From Paraspadella gotoi (lineage: Eukaryota > Animalia > Chaetognatha): a stretch of DNA of 64,000 bases. A program made the translations under genes and the position numbers. This document shows, piece by piece, positions 14,630 through 27,700 of this stretch (positions are counted from its first letter, which is position 1; each line of letters starts with the position of its first letter). The notes beneath the pieces were generated by a model. The model did no database searches and had not been told where the DNA came from. It worked only from the letters and a program-made list of their open reading frames with translations. Where the stretch lies: positions 1,137,756 through 1,201,755 of the forward strand of contig CM119263.1 of assembly GCA_051294375.1 (NCBI GenBank). The letters are read 5' to 3'.

Positions 14630-15029
14630 TCTCCTCTCTCTCTCTCTTCTCTCTCTCTCTCTTCTCTCTCTCTCTCTTTCCTTGTTTCTCCTTCTTCCTT
14701 TTTCTCCCCAAATAAACTTTAATGTCTCCAAAGGGATTTTTTATGCTAAATAGCTCTCTCTCACTCTCTTTCCTATTCTCTCGTTTCCTCTCGTTTTCTT
14801 TTATACGCAGACCCTTGTTGCTAAGCGACCGCGGCGTCTGCTTGAGTTAGGGTTGGGTGAGTGGTTCGAAGAGAGAGAGACGAAATGAGTGGAGGTGAAT
14901 TTCGAATGGTGAGATTTGCAACGTTTAACCCAACCTTTTCTTTCAGTAGTTTTGAGTGGCACTTCCGATCAAAGTTGTGAGTGGCACTTCCGTTAAAAGT
15001 GAGACTCAAATGAGAAATTGTGAGTTCCA

Positions 15030-15225
15030 GGCTCACGGCCTCGGGGCTCACCCCATCTTGTGAACAGTGAATTCAGTAAAGAAGACCTATGAGCGACGAT
15101 TGAAAAGTCCCGGGTTCAATCCCTCCATAGTCTGCATAGTCTTCAAGGTCTGGTTCCAAGAAGGAGACCCGTTACATTACTGAACAACTCATATATACAT
15201 TATACATTTATATACATTAAGCATG
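15030..15225 (+). mobile_element. SINE-like fragment
   Basis: Pol III B-box-like gggttcaatccc near 15112 and a (tacat)-type simple-repeat tail. Confidence 0.4.
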
Positions 15226-15397
15226 CATTATTTTGTAAATGGATCATGAGTTAAACCTTTGTGAAAGGCTTTTGGTGTCTTTTTAGGTTATCTCTCGCAA
15301 TTTTAATAATGATGCAACATCAAAGAATTTATCACCGCAAGTTCACTGACGTTAGAATCATCACAAGGAGTCAATGACAGTTAGCGTTTATATGGAG

Positions 15398-15960
15398 ACG
15401 ACGACGACGACGACGACGACGACGTATCAAACAAAGAATCTGCAATAGCGAAAACAATAAAGAAGACGACGACGATAATAACGAAGACGGCGATAATAAC
15501 GAAGACGATGACCGCGATATAACGACGATAACGCCAATAACGACGATAACGCCGATAACGACGATAACGACGATAACAACGATAACGACGCCATCGCCTC
15601 TGAATTTATGAGCCCCCTGGCGCCGAGTCTCCGAGTCTCTCAAGACTTTTTTCGGTTCCATCGAATCTTCGACCCAAAACAAAGAGAAACGAAACTGGAA
15701 TCTTAGTTTTTTCCTTCGACCAACAAATCGTCGGATTCCGTTGCTCACATTTTTCACTTCGAAACAAAAGAAGAAATGGGGGAGGAATAATAGAGGGAAA
15801 TGATGATGATGATGATTATGATAATGATGATGATGACGATTATGATGATGATGATTATGATGATGATGATGATGATGACATCTGTTTTGACTACAACGAC
15901 AATGACGATCGTTAAGATGACAATGAAGACGACGAAGACGACGACAAAACAGACCAACAG
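15398..15960. repeat. Trinucleotide-type simple repeats (ACG)n, (ACGATA)n, (ATG)n
   Basis: Seen directly. Confidence 0.85.
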
Positions 15961-16337
15961 AGATAAAAACTTCTTACGTAAGAGAAACAAAAGACGAGGA
16001 CAATAGCGACATGCCGCTTACACCACAGAATACGACGACGACGACGACGACGACCGTAACACAGACAAAGCGTCATCAAGTTGCGTCGTAAATCGAAGGG
16101 CGAGGCGGAAATGACGTCATTGTCGTCGTCGTCGTCGTCGTCGTCGCCCCGATAAACACAGTTCGTCAAATTGGGTTCAATTCTTTCTGAGTCACATTTT
16201 ACGTTACAATATAATCAATTCCAATCGTATACTAAATCAAATATTAAGATTTCAAAAACTCTTTACTCTAGTTAGAAAAACTCTCATACATACAATGATT
16301 TAAATTAACTATACTATTGCACGAAAAAAGGCGCTAA

Positions 16338-16815
16338 GTAGGCATGGAGCGTGGAGCGTCGCTTCGCTTTTCTTTATAGTAATATCCTTATTCCTTATTC
16401 CTTATTCCTTATTCCTTATTCCTTATAAAATCATAAAAATTTAAAATCATATATTATATATTTTTAATTTTAAGAACAGTTTTGGATTCGCTAAAAAAAA
16501 ACTGAAAAACTTTGAAAAACTTTGAACTTTTTTTTCTATTTTAATGGTTGAAAAGACATGAAAATTAATAACTATATATATTGATCTAACTTTTTATTAA
16601 GAATCAGAATCGTTAATAACAATTTTTAAAAAATATTTTGAAAATTGATTATTTTATAAGGATATTACTCTAATATATTGTAATTAATGATACTGTTCCC
16701 CAAACAATATAAACAAAATATTTTTATCATTTATTATTTAATATATTATCTGACGTCTAAATATCCTTGTTTGTTCACTCAAATAAAATTTATGTTCCCC
16801 AGTGCTCCACTCTAC
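16338..16815. mobile_element. Non-autonomous element with short imperfect TIRs; related partial copy at about 5805-6115
   Basis: Ends gtaggcatggagc / gctccactctac. Shares tagtaatatccttat and atccttgtt.g.tcactcaaata..ccactctac with 5805-6115. Confidence 0.5.
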
Positions 16816-16899
16816 GGCAGTGGGCAATGCCCGCTACATTATATCTCTTTTCCCTTCCACCCTTAACTTACCCTCTCCCTCCCCGCCCCCGAAACTCAC

Positions 16900-17065
16900 C
16901 CACGCCCTGATGAAGTGAGAGATATCCAGGCAAAGGTTCAATGTCTCCCTTCGGCTGAACCATCGCGTTTTTTCTTTCCGTATAGGAGCGTCGTCCTCGC
17001 GTTTTGATGGAGCGACTCTACGTAGTCCTTCGCTTGGCGTGGAGCGGGACGTCGAGGAGGATCCG
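16900..17065 (-). CDS. SGSM1/2: SGSM-like exon 10
   Basis: ccag| acceptor in phase 2; [41 protein letters not shown]; G|gtgagt donor; two small indels needed. Confidence 0.88.
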
Positions 17066-19278
17066 CTGGAGTGGGGGATTGAGTGAGTGGAGCGGAGTGG
17101 GATCAAAGGGAGACGTTTAAGAAAGTAATAAATTAAGGAAAATCAAGAGAGCATGTAAAACAAAAAAACCTTTTAGAACAAAGTATATTTTAAAACAAGC
17201 TGTTCGCGGAAACCTTTTAAGAACAAAGTAATTTAAAAAAAAGTCGTTCGGAAACTTTTAAGAACAAAGTATATTTTAAAACAAGTCTGTTCGCGGAAAA
17301 CCTTTTAAGAACAAAGTATATTTAAACAAAGTCTGTTCGCGTAAAACTTTTAAGAACAAAGTATATTTAAAACATAGTCTGTTTGCGGAAAAACCCTTTT
17401 AAGAACAAAGTATAATTTAAAACAAAATCTGTTGTGAAAACATTTTAAGAACAAAGTATATTTTAAAACAAAGTCTGTTCGCGAAAACATTTTAGAACAA
17501 AGAATCTTTAAAACAAAAAGCGTGTTGAAACAAAGTTCCGTTCGTTGAAAACATTTTTAAGACCAAAGTATATTTAAACAAATGTCTGTTTGTGAAAAAC
17601 ATTTTAGAAACAAAAGTATATTTAAAACAAAGTCTGTTAGCGAAAACATTTTAGGAACAAAGATATTTTAAACAAAAAAGCGTGTTGAAACAAAGTCCGT
17701 TCGTGAAAACATTTTAAGACAAAGCTATATTAAAACAAAGTACTGTTCGTGAAAACATTTTAAGAAAAAGTATATAAACAAAGTTTTCTGACATTTAAAC
17801 AGTTTTAAAAAAAGTCTGGTTTCGTGAAAAATTTAAGAACAAAGATCTTAACAAATAGTGTTGAAACAAAGTCTGTTCGTGGAAACATTTTAAGAACAAA
17901 GAGTAATTTTAAAACAAAGTCTGATTCGTGAAAAACATTTTAAGAACAAAGTATATTTAAAACAAAGTCTGTTCGGAAAACATTTTGAACAAAGAATTTA
18001 AAACAAACGAGAGCGTGTTTAAACAAAGGCAGTTCATGGAATGTCCCTGCAAATCCTTGTTGTTGTTCTCGTCGTTGTCCTTTTTTTTAAATCTTAGGTA
18101 ATTTGCGCGTGGCGTCCTCAGGGGGACAAACGTCGTCCGTCGAAACGAACAAAAGGCAAACGTCTTTGATTTATTGTCAGAGAAAAACTCGTCGAAGAAG
18201 AATGAGGTCGAGGAGAGTTAAGAGGTGCGGAAGGAGGAAAGGAAAGGGAGGAAAGGAAAAGAAAGCCTGGAAAGGGAGGAAAGGAAAGGAAAGCCTGGAA
18301 AGGGAGGAAAGGAAAGGAAAGGAAAGGAAAAGAAGTGACAAGAAAAGGAAGGGAGGGAAAAGAGGTGAGGAATGAGTAGAGGAAAGGAGGAAAAGAAAAG
18401 AAAGGAATGGAAAGGAAAAGGGGGAAAGAATAAATGTAAAAGGAAAAGAAAAGGAGGGAAAATAAGGTGAGGAATGAGGAGAAAAAGAGAGAGAAAGAGA
18501 AAAAAAAGTGAAGGGAGTCAAAAATATAAGGAAAGAAAAAAGGAAGGAAGGAAGGAAGGAAGGAAGGAAGGAAGGAAGGAAGGAAGGAAGGAAGGAAGGA
18601 AGGAAGGAAAGGAAAAAAGAGGTTATGAAAAATAAGAAAACAAGAGAAAGGGCAACGAGGAAAAAGAGAAAAGAGAAAAGTTCTCAGTTAAAAAAGGAAA
18701 GGGAGGAAACGGAAAAATAAAAATAAAAAGAAAATGAACGATAATAAATGAAAAGAATGAGAGTGAAATCAGATTTTGATAAAATTATAAATCATTTATA
18801 AGACAAAAAAACGACGCTCATGTTAAAGACCTCCTAAGTTATATTTTATATTCCGTTTAAAAACCGGAAGTTAAACCCAACACGAGGTTCAGCGCCATCT
18901 TGACTTCAACGCCATCTCGATTCGAGCTACGTCGTCTCTCGTCCCTCGCTCGGGAAATATATTGCTTTCCCTGAGTTCAAAGTTCCTTCCTTTGTTCCTT
19001 TGTTCTTTCACTCTCACTTTTTCACTCCTTCACTATTTTATCTTCTTCACTCTCTTTTCTCATTCACTTCTTCAAATCTTTATTTTATTCACTTTTTCAC
19101 TTCATCACTTTATCACTCCACTTTAAAAACTTTATTTTTTTTACTTCACAACTTTTTTACTTTTAAAATCCTTCGCTTTTTCACTCCACTTTTTAACAAC
19201 GGCCTTCTTTGGCTCTCTCTCTCTCTCTCTCTCTCTCTCNNNNNNNNNNNNNNNNNNNNNNNNNTCTCTCTCTCTCCT

Positions 19279-19322
<44 letters not shown>

Positions 19323-20962
19323 GCAAACCAATCATTCATCGTCATTTATCGTGATTCTGTGAAATTTTTTCGTCGATATTTTACGGCATTCTTCACTCTG
19401 TCTCTCCCTCTTTCTTTCTTTCTTTCTTTCTCTCTCTTTCTCTTCTTCTCTCTCTCTCTCTTTATCTTACTCTCTCACTCTCTTTATGTCTCTCTTTTTT
19501 TTTTTTTATCACTCTCTCTCTCTCTCCTTACTCTCTATTTCTCATTCTCTCTCTTTCTCTCCTTTCTCTGTCTTTCTGTCTTTCCTTCTCTCTTGCTCTT
19601 CTTCTCTCTCTCTCTCTATCCTTTCTGTTTCCCCTTGTTCTTCTCTGTTTCTTCTCTCTGTCTCTCTCTCTCTCTCTTCTCTTCTCTTCTCTCTCTCTCT
19701 CTCAACGTTTTTTTTTCCCTCATCCATTCCCGGAATCCCTCCCATATTTTTCTATTTTTGATCTCTCTCCTTTTTTTTTCACTATTTCACGTATTTATAG
19801 TTTGGTCCTCTAAACCCATTTTTAATCAGTTTTAAAATTCTTGTTATTTTTAAAACTCCTTCCACTCCTACAGTTTTTTACTCCTACAGTTTTTCACTCC
19901 TATACTCTTTCTTCAACCTTCAACTCAATCGAGGTCAATGACCTCAACGTCGGTCATCGTTCTCCCCATTTCAATGGATGAGCCTTAAATGCGTCACAGA
20001 AAAAAAAAGTTTTATTTAATTCATTGGGTCATTTTTTAGTATTTATTTTTGTAAGTATTTTATTTTCAGTATTATACAACTCTATTTTTCTACTTAGCGT
20101 TTCTTTATGTTATTCCTCTTTACTCTCACCTCAAAATTTCTTCTCTCTCTCTCTTCATCTCTCTCTCTCTCTCGCTTCCAAACCATCATTCATCGTCATT
20201 TATCGTGATCGACATTGCTGTGAATTTTTGTCCGTCGATAGTTTCCGCATTCTTTCACTCTGTCTCTCCCTCTTTCTTTCTTATCTTTCTTTCTCTCTCT
20301 TTCTCTTTGCTCTCTCTCTCTCTTTATCTTGACTCGGTATCGTCACTACTCGCCATCTAAGGTGTACCTCCTCTGCTTTATATAGTTTCAACTCTCTCTC
20401 TCATCATGATCTCTCATCTCCTCTCTCTCTCTGTCCGTTGGGTCCGTCTCTCTGCTCTTCCATGCCTTCTCTACTGTTCACCGTCTTCTCTCTCTCTTTT
20501 CTCTCTCTTTCTCTTCTCTCTCTTCTCTCTGTTTTACTCTTCTCTCTTTGTCTCAGTTTCGTCCTCTCATCTGTTTTCTCCTCTCCTCGTCTCATTCTTC
20601 TCCGTGCAGTTTCTCCTCTCTCTGTCTTCTCCCTCTTTTCTCTCCGTCTCTCTTCTCTCTCCTCTCAAAGCGTTGTTTTTTTTCCCTCATCCATGTCTCC
20701 GGAATCCCATCCCATATTTTTTCTTCGTATTTTTTGGAATCACTTTTTCAGTCGAGACTTTTTTCTTGCATTGCCTCCATTCCTCTCATCTCGTCAGCTG
20801 GAGGAAAGGCTAATAAAAAGAAAAGAGGGCAAAACGCCTGATCAAAGCTGGCTCTCATCAGGCGATAAGCTAACTTAACCTTATACTAGAGCTTTGGACC
20901 TCACTATTTTCCAAGATGTTCTTTTCAATTCATTGAATTTACCCATTTTTTTAAATTCATTA

Positions 20963-21006
<44 letters not shown>

Positions 21007-21748
21007 CTCTCTCTCATCTGTTCTCTTCTCTCTCTCTCTCTCTCGTCTCTCTCAAAACGCTTTCGGGAATTTCGATACGCGTCATGCTTTTTATGAGAAA
21101 TTTTTGTTCAGCCGAGCAAAAAAAAAAAAGGAGAAAAAAAATCCGTATAAAAAAGGAGAAAGAAGCTCGAAGCAAAAAGAAGGAATTTTTTTCTCTCTCA
21201 CTTTGGCTCCCATTTTTTCGTTTCTTTATTTCCTCCGCCCCTCTTGCCCCCCTCCCCCTTCGCCCCCCCACCCCGTCTTTCCCACAACTCGCCCCGCCTC
21301 CGCCCGCCTCTCTCCCCCTCCGCCAATATTTCCGACATTTTTATTCCGAAATTGAGTTTATGAGATAAGACGCCATCATTTTCATGGCGAAAATTTGAAA
21401 CGTGAGATTGAGGTGAGAAGCGGTCCGTGAATAATTTCATGGATGTTGGATTTTGTCTCAGGGTGTAAATGGAGGGAGTGAACGACTCAACGTTAATCCG
21501 TAGGCGTGAAAATTCGTAGGGGCAATAGACATCTTCTCTCTTNNNNNNNNNNNNNNNNNNNNNNNNNGAGGAAAGGCTAATAAAAAGGAAAGAGGGGCAA
21601 AACGCCTGATCAAAGCTGGCTCTCATCAGGCGATATAGCTAACTTAACCATTATACTAGAGCTTTGGACCTCCACTTTTTATTTTCCAAGATGTCTTTTC
21701 AATTCATTGAATTTACCCATTTTTTTCAATTCATTGCTTCTCTCTCTC

Positions 21749-21792
<44 letters not shown>

Positions 21793-24700
21793 CTCTACTC
21801 TTTTCTCTTCTCTCTCTCTCTCTCTTCTCTCTCTTTCAAAACGCTTTCGGGAATTTCGATACGCGTCATGCTTTTTATGAGAAATTTTTCAGCGCGAGCA
21901 AAAAAAAATGGAAGGAAAAAAAAATCCGTATAAAAAAGGAGAAAGAAGCTCGAAGCAAAAAGAAGGAATTTTTTTCTCTCTCACTTTGGCTCCATTTTTT
22001 CGTTTCTTTATTTCCTCCGCCCCCTCCGCCCCCCTCCCCCTTCGCCCCCCCCCCCCACCCCGTCTTATCCCAACTCTCGCCCCGCCCCGCCTCTCTCCCC
22101 CTCCGCCAATATTTTCGCACATTTTTATTCCGGAAATTGAGTTTATGAGATAAGACGCCATCATTTTCATGGCGAAATTTGAAACGGTGAGTATTGAGGG
22201 TGAGAGCGGTGCCGTGAATAGATTTCATGGATGTTGGATTTTGTCTCTGGGTGTGAAATGGAGGGAGTGAACGACTCAACGTTAATCCGTAGGCGTGAAA
22301 GATTCCAGGGCAATGGACATTGCGTGAAGATGGGCATTGCGTGACATTGGTGAAGAGAACTAGATTTGAAATTTCTTTCTGTACCATTAAGAGTATAGTT
22401 GTTAAAAATTAACAATTTTAATTAGAGAAATACAATATCTAATTTGAATATCTAAACCTAACTTGTTTTTACTTCAATCTGAATTCTGAATCATGCGAAA
22501 ATTTAAACACAATTTGAAAGTAAAAACGAATTTTGAAGACTTAAAAATACGAATCATATCTGAATTATTGATTAAATTATACATACAATACTATCGGTAA
22601 ACCTGACACATTTAAACGAGATCAAATACATGACTCAATAAATGATATCCCGTGATACCGGGCGACATCACTCAATAGACAAACTCTGTCTGACTTTTAA
22701 GCAATGACAGAAAACTCAAGGCGAAGGCGCAAAGTATCCGACGCCACACATAGAAATTCCTGCGTGGATTTCGTTCGTCGGTTTGTGACGATAAAACTGA
22801 ATTTGTCGCCTGAATATTTAATTTTTATTCGCCTTTTATATCTTTCGCTTTTATCTTTATGCGAAACGGTATCCGTACTGGGTTTCTTGTATTTTATAAA
22901 NNNNNNNNNNNNNNNNNNNNNNNNNTGAGGTTTTTTACATCAATTTTCGGGGAATTGGACTGAATTCGTTACGCAGAGCAATGATTGAGAGGAGCGGGGA
23001 AGAGAGAGAGAGAGAGAGAGAGAGATGAGAGAGAAGAGAGAGAGAGAGAGAGAGAGCAAGAGAAGCAGAAAGAGAGAGATAGAGTGAGAGAGAGAGAGAG
23101 AGAAGAGACGAGAGAAGATGTGAGTAGAGGAGTAGCGTAGATGATAGAATAGATAGATAGATAGATAGTATATAGATAGATAGATAGATATAGATTAGAT
23201 TAGATATTATGAATTGATGGATTAGATAGTAGATAGAAGTACTCATAGAGATGTAATAGATAAGAGATAGATAGATAGGTCACGATGAGGGGAGAGAGAG
23301 AGAGAGAGAAGAGAGAGTAGTAGAGGAGAGAGAGCCAGAGAGAGAAGAAGAGAGAGAGAAGCCCCTGAAGAAGATGGAATATAACGTTGATTCACCGATT
23401 ATTCACTTGTTCGATCGACCCCATATGATAATATTTCACATGAAATTATAGACGCAAGAAACGTGTAGGAATAGTATTTTCACAGAATGTGATCGCGTGA
23501 TTTGCTCGAGAGTTTTTCTGCCTATAATATAAAAATAAAAAATCTTGATGTAATCGAACGAAATATTCACGCGAGCGAAACTGAATTTCTTTACGACTTT
23601 TCACACAACCCGAGCGGGTGATTTTCTTCTTGCCTCATTGGCAGTGCCTCCTGCTTCCTTTCTGAGCCATCAATTTTTGCAATCCCGGCGATTATTCCTT
23701 CCTCATTTCTTGTCGAACCATCACTTTTTCTATCATGTCTCTCCTAATCTTTTTCTGACAGGCTCTGCCTTTCATGCTTTTTTCTTACATCCTGTATGTC
23801 TTCCTCTTATTCTGTTCTCTATCATTTTCTAGCATTCTACCCATCTCTCCTCAACTTTTTATTCTCATCCTGATATTGCTGTCCTCTTATTTCTTTCTCC
23901 CTATCGTTTTGCCTACATCTCTCTCCTCATCTTTTTCTCCATCCTGAATATGCTTGCCTCTTATTCTTTCGTCTATCATTTTCTACATCCTCCTTCATCT
24001 TTTCTTTAACATCCTGATTGTTCCTTCTTATTCTTTCTCTATCAGTTTTCTACCACCTCTCGTCGCTCCATCTTTTTCTACAGTCCTCCTCTGATATCTT
24101 CCTCTTTTATTCTGTTTCTCTCAGCATTTTCTAACATCTCTCCTCCTCTTTTTTCTACATCCTGATGATGCTTCTGCCTCTTATTCTTTTCTCGTATCAT
24201 TTTACTACATCTACGTCTCTCATCTTTTTCTACATCCCTCTAATGCTTCCTCTTATACTTTTCTTCTATCGTTTTCTACACATCTCCTTCCTCATCCTTT
24301 TTTCTACATTCCTGGAGTTAATGGCATTTCTCTTCTAATTCTTTCTCTATCATTTTCTACATCTCTCCTTCATATCTTTTTTTCGTGACATGCCTGATAT
24401 GGCTTGCCTTTCTTATTTCTCTTCGTGTTATCAATTTCTCTTTCATCTCTTCCTCACTCTTTCTACATCCTCTGTATTGCTTTGTCCTCTTACTCTCCTT
24501 TCTCTTATCGTTTTCTACTTCCCTTCCCTAATCTTTCTGCATTTCCTCTTGTTTACCTTCCCTCTTCCTCTTATCCAAAATTTTTTCGATTTTTCTCTTC
24601 TCGTGTGCTCTCTCTTTCTCTCTTCTTCTCTCTCTTCTCTTCTCTCTCTCTCTCTCCTCTCTCTCTTATTTCGCACCAACAACAACCATTATACCCCTCT

Positions 24701-27700
24701 AATCGGGATTTCCGATTTAATCATCCCAGTCTCTTTCTCCCCTTCACTGATTTACGAAACTCCTTTTCGTTCACAGCCCCCGTCTCAATGGTTCAATTAA
24801 CGGGTGAAAAACTGAGTAGATGATCACGACCTCCGATCGACACCGTCAATTGTCATCCTCAGCGGAAGTCCTTGTGAAAGGTAACTACCGATATATGGAG
24901 AGTAGAGCAAAGCGAGAAATGAATGCGTCCTCGCCCGTTTATTCCCACCGTCTCTCTCTCTCTCTCTCTCTTGCTCTCTCTTCTCTCCTCCTCCTCTTCT
25001 CTCTCTCTCTTGTCTCTCTCTCTCCATCTCTCTCTGCTCTCTCTCTCATCCCCATCAAAAGGCCATTTTCCGGACTCGAGACTATAGGGATCGCATGTAA
25101 CCGATGGCTTGTAAAATATTTTTCACCAAATACCCTGTCTTCTGTTTTTTGAATAGTGAGAATAATTCCGCTGCTTGGTCTGTTAAATATTCTTCTGCTG
25201 ACAACTGTGGTGTTTCTTTCGTAACTCCCGACATATTTTTTCCCGAGAAAGGAGCGTGATAAGTTTTTTTTAGTGAACATGTGCAGATGAGTAATAGAGT
25301 GTATATACTTTGTGTCTTAAACCAATTTTAGAAGTCTGTTTTTCATTTTTTTGTGCGCAATATTCGTGAAACATTTAGATCTAGAGAGAAATAAAGTTGT
25401 CATTAACCAAATAAGTCTTTCATTTAACAAAAAAAAAACCCCTCGTCTATTCTGCATAAAATACACGGATCTTCTCTTCTTAGATCTCTTCTGAGAGAGA
25501 GAAAATATTAACGTTGATCACCGATTGTCCCACTTTGTCACGAACCCAATGATAATATTTTCACATGAAAATTTAACCAAGAAACGTGAAGAATTTTTCA
25601 CAGATGGAATCCGTGATTTTGCTCAAGTTTTTCGCTCAAAAAAAATAAAAACGTGAGTAAATCGAACGAAATTCACGCAGAACTGAATTTCTTTACGACT
25701 TTCACAAAACCCGAGCGGTGATCTTTTCTTGCCTCATTGCAGTGGCTCTTCTTCCTTCTGCCATCAACTTTTGCAATCGCGATTTTCCTTTTCCTCATTT
25801 CTGTCACCATCATTTTCTACATCTCTCCTAATCTTTTTCTACATCTCTCCTCATCTTTTTCTACATCCTGATATGCTTCCTCTTATTATTTCTCTATCAT
25901 TTTCTACATCTCTCATCATCTTTTTCTACATCCTGAAATGCTTCCTCTTATTCTTTCTCTATCATTTTCTACATCTCTCCTCATCTTTTTCTACATCCTG
26001 ATATGCTTCCTCTTATTCTTTCTCTATCGTTTTCTACATTCCCTTTCCTAATCTTTCTGCATCTCCTTGTTTACCTCCCTTCTTCCTCTTTCCAATTTTN
26101 NNNNNNNNNNNNNNNNNNNNNNNNNNNNNNNNNNNNNNNNNNNNNNNNNNNNNNNNNNNNNNNNNNNNNNNNNNNNNNNNNNNNNNNNNNNNNNNNNNNN
26201 NNNNNNNNNNNNNNNNNNNNNNNNNNNNNNNNNNNNNNNNNNNNNNNNNNNNNNNNNNNNNNNNNNNNNNNNNNNNNNNNNNNNNNNNNNNNNNNNNNNN
26301 NNNNNNNNNNNNNNNNNNNNNNNNNNNNNNNNNNNNNNNNNNNNNNNNNNNNNNNTGACACTGAGGATGACACCGACGATGACACCGTCAATGTCATCGG
26401 CAATGACATCAGCGAGTCTTGTGAAAGGCAACCCGACCATTATGGGAGAGAAAGGAGAAATGAATGGTCCTTCCCCTTATTCCACCGTCTCTCTCTCTCN
26501 NNNNNNNNNNNNNNNNNNNNNNNNNNNNNNNNNNNNNNNNNNNNNNNNNNNNNNNNNNNNNNNNNNNNNNNNNNNNNNNNNNNNNNNNNNNNNNNNNNNN
26601 NNNNNNNNNNNNNNNNNNNNNNNNNNNNNNNNNNNNNNNNNNNNNNNNNNNNNNNNTCTCTCTCTCTCTCCATAAAAGCCATTTCCGGAACTGAGACTAA
26701 GGGGATCGCAGTAACGATGTTTAAAATATTTTTTACAACCTTCTTCGCTGAAGGAGAATAATTCCGCTTGGCTTAATAATTCTCAAAATTGTTTTCTTTC
26801 GAATTCCGAGAGTGAAGACTGTAGATGGTAAGTGTCACCATTGAGTCGTTTTTCATTTTGCGCAAACTGAAACAAGGAAATAAATGTTTTGTTAACAAAA
26901 AAAGTTTTATTAACAAAAAACACTCCTCGTCATCATAAAAAAAAAACAAATTCTTTAGGACAAGAGACACTCACAGCCCATGCCACTACTTTCTTCCGCA
27001 AGGGCGCGTCTGGTCGCCATCAGAAATGTCTCATACAATTCCAGCTTTCGAATATTAACGAGAAAAAGGTTCGCATGACTTTCAAAGTTTAAGATTCAAA
27101 TCATAAGTCAGTCTATTCTTTCGCTCAAATGACAGAAGCGACACATTTTCTCAAACAAAAGACTCAAGTTGTCAGAATTGAGGGCAAAGAATGACGCTGT
27201 TCCGTCGCCGTTACGATTCGAAACCTAGGCGGCGCTGTTGACTCAACCGCCACACTCGATCCGCGCTTAACGTAACTGCCGCAATCGTCACTGCAGCATT
27301 TGTTACTGCTGCAGCTGTCACCACCGCATATGTCACTGTGGACATGCTCATTGCGAACACTGTCACCAGAGACTACATTACCTCAGTAACTGTCACCTCA
27401 GACACGGTCTGTCACTGTGGACACAGTTATCACCACAACCATCACNNNNNNNNNNNNNNNNNNNNNNNNNNNNNNNNNNNNNNNNNNNNNNNNNNNNNNN
27501 NNNNNNNNNNNNNNNNNNNNNNNNNNNNNNNNNNNNNNNNNNNNNNNNNNNNNNNNNNNNNNNNNNNNNNNNNNNNNNNNNNNNNNNNNNNNNNNNNNNN
27601 NNNNNNNNNNNNNNNNNNNNNNNNNNNNNNNNNAACTGACACCATTATCACCACAACCATCACAACTGACACCGTGATAACGACAACCGCTCCCGCGGAC

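Noticed and set aside
17155-18040. CRISPR-like periodicity
   Set aside because: Units are contiguous with no unique spacers, there are no cas genes, and the context is eukaryotic
20836-20880. Hammerhead ribozyme (CTGATGA on the minus strand; also partial motifs at 55690-55780)
   Set aside because: No correctly placed GAAA/stem III core
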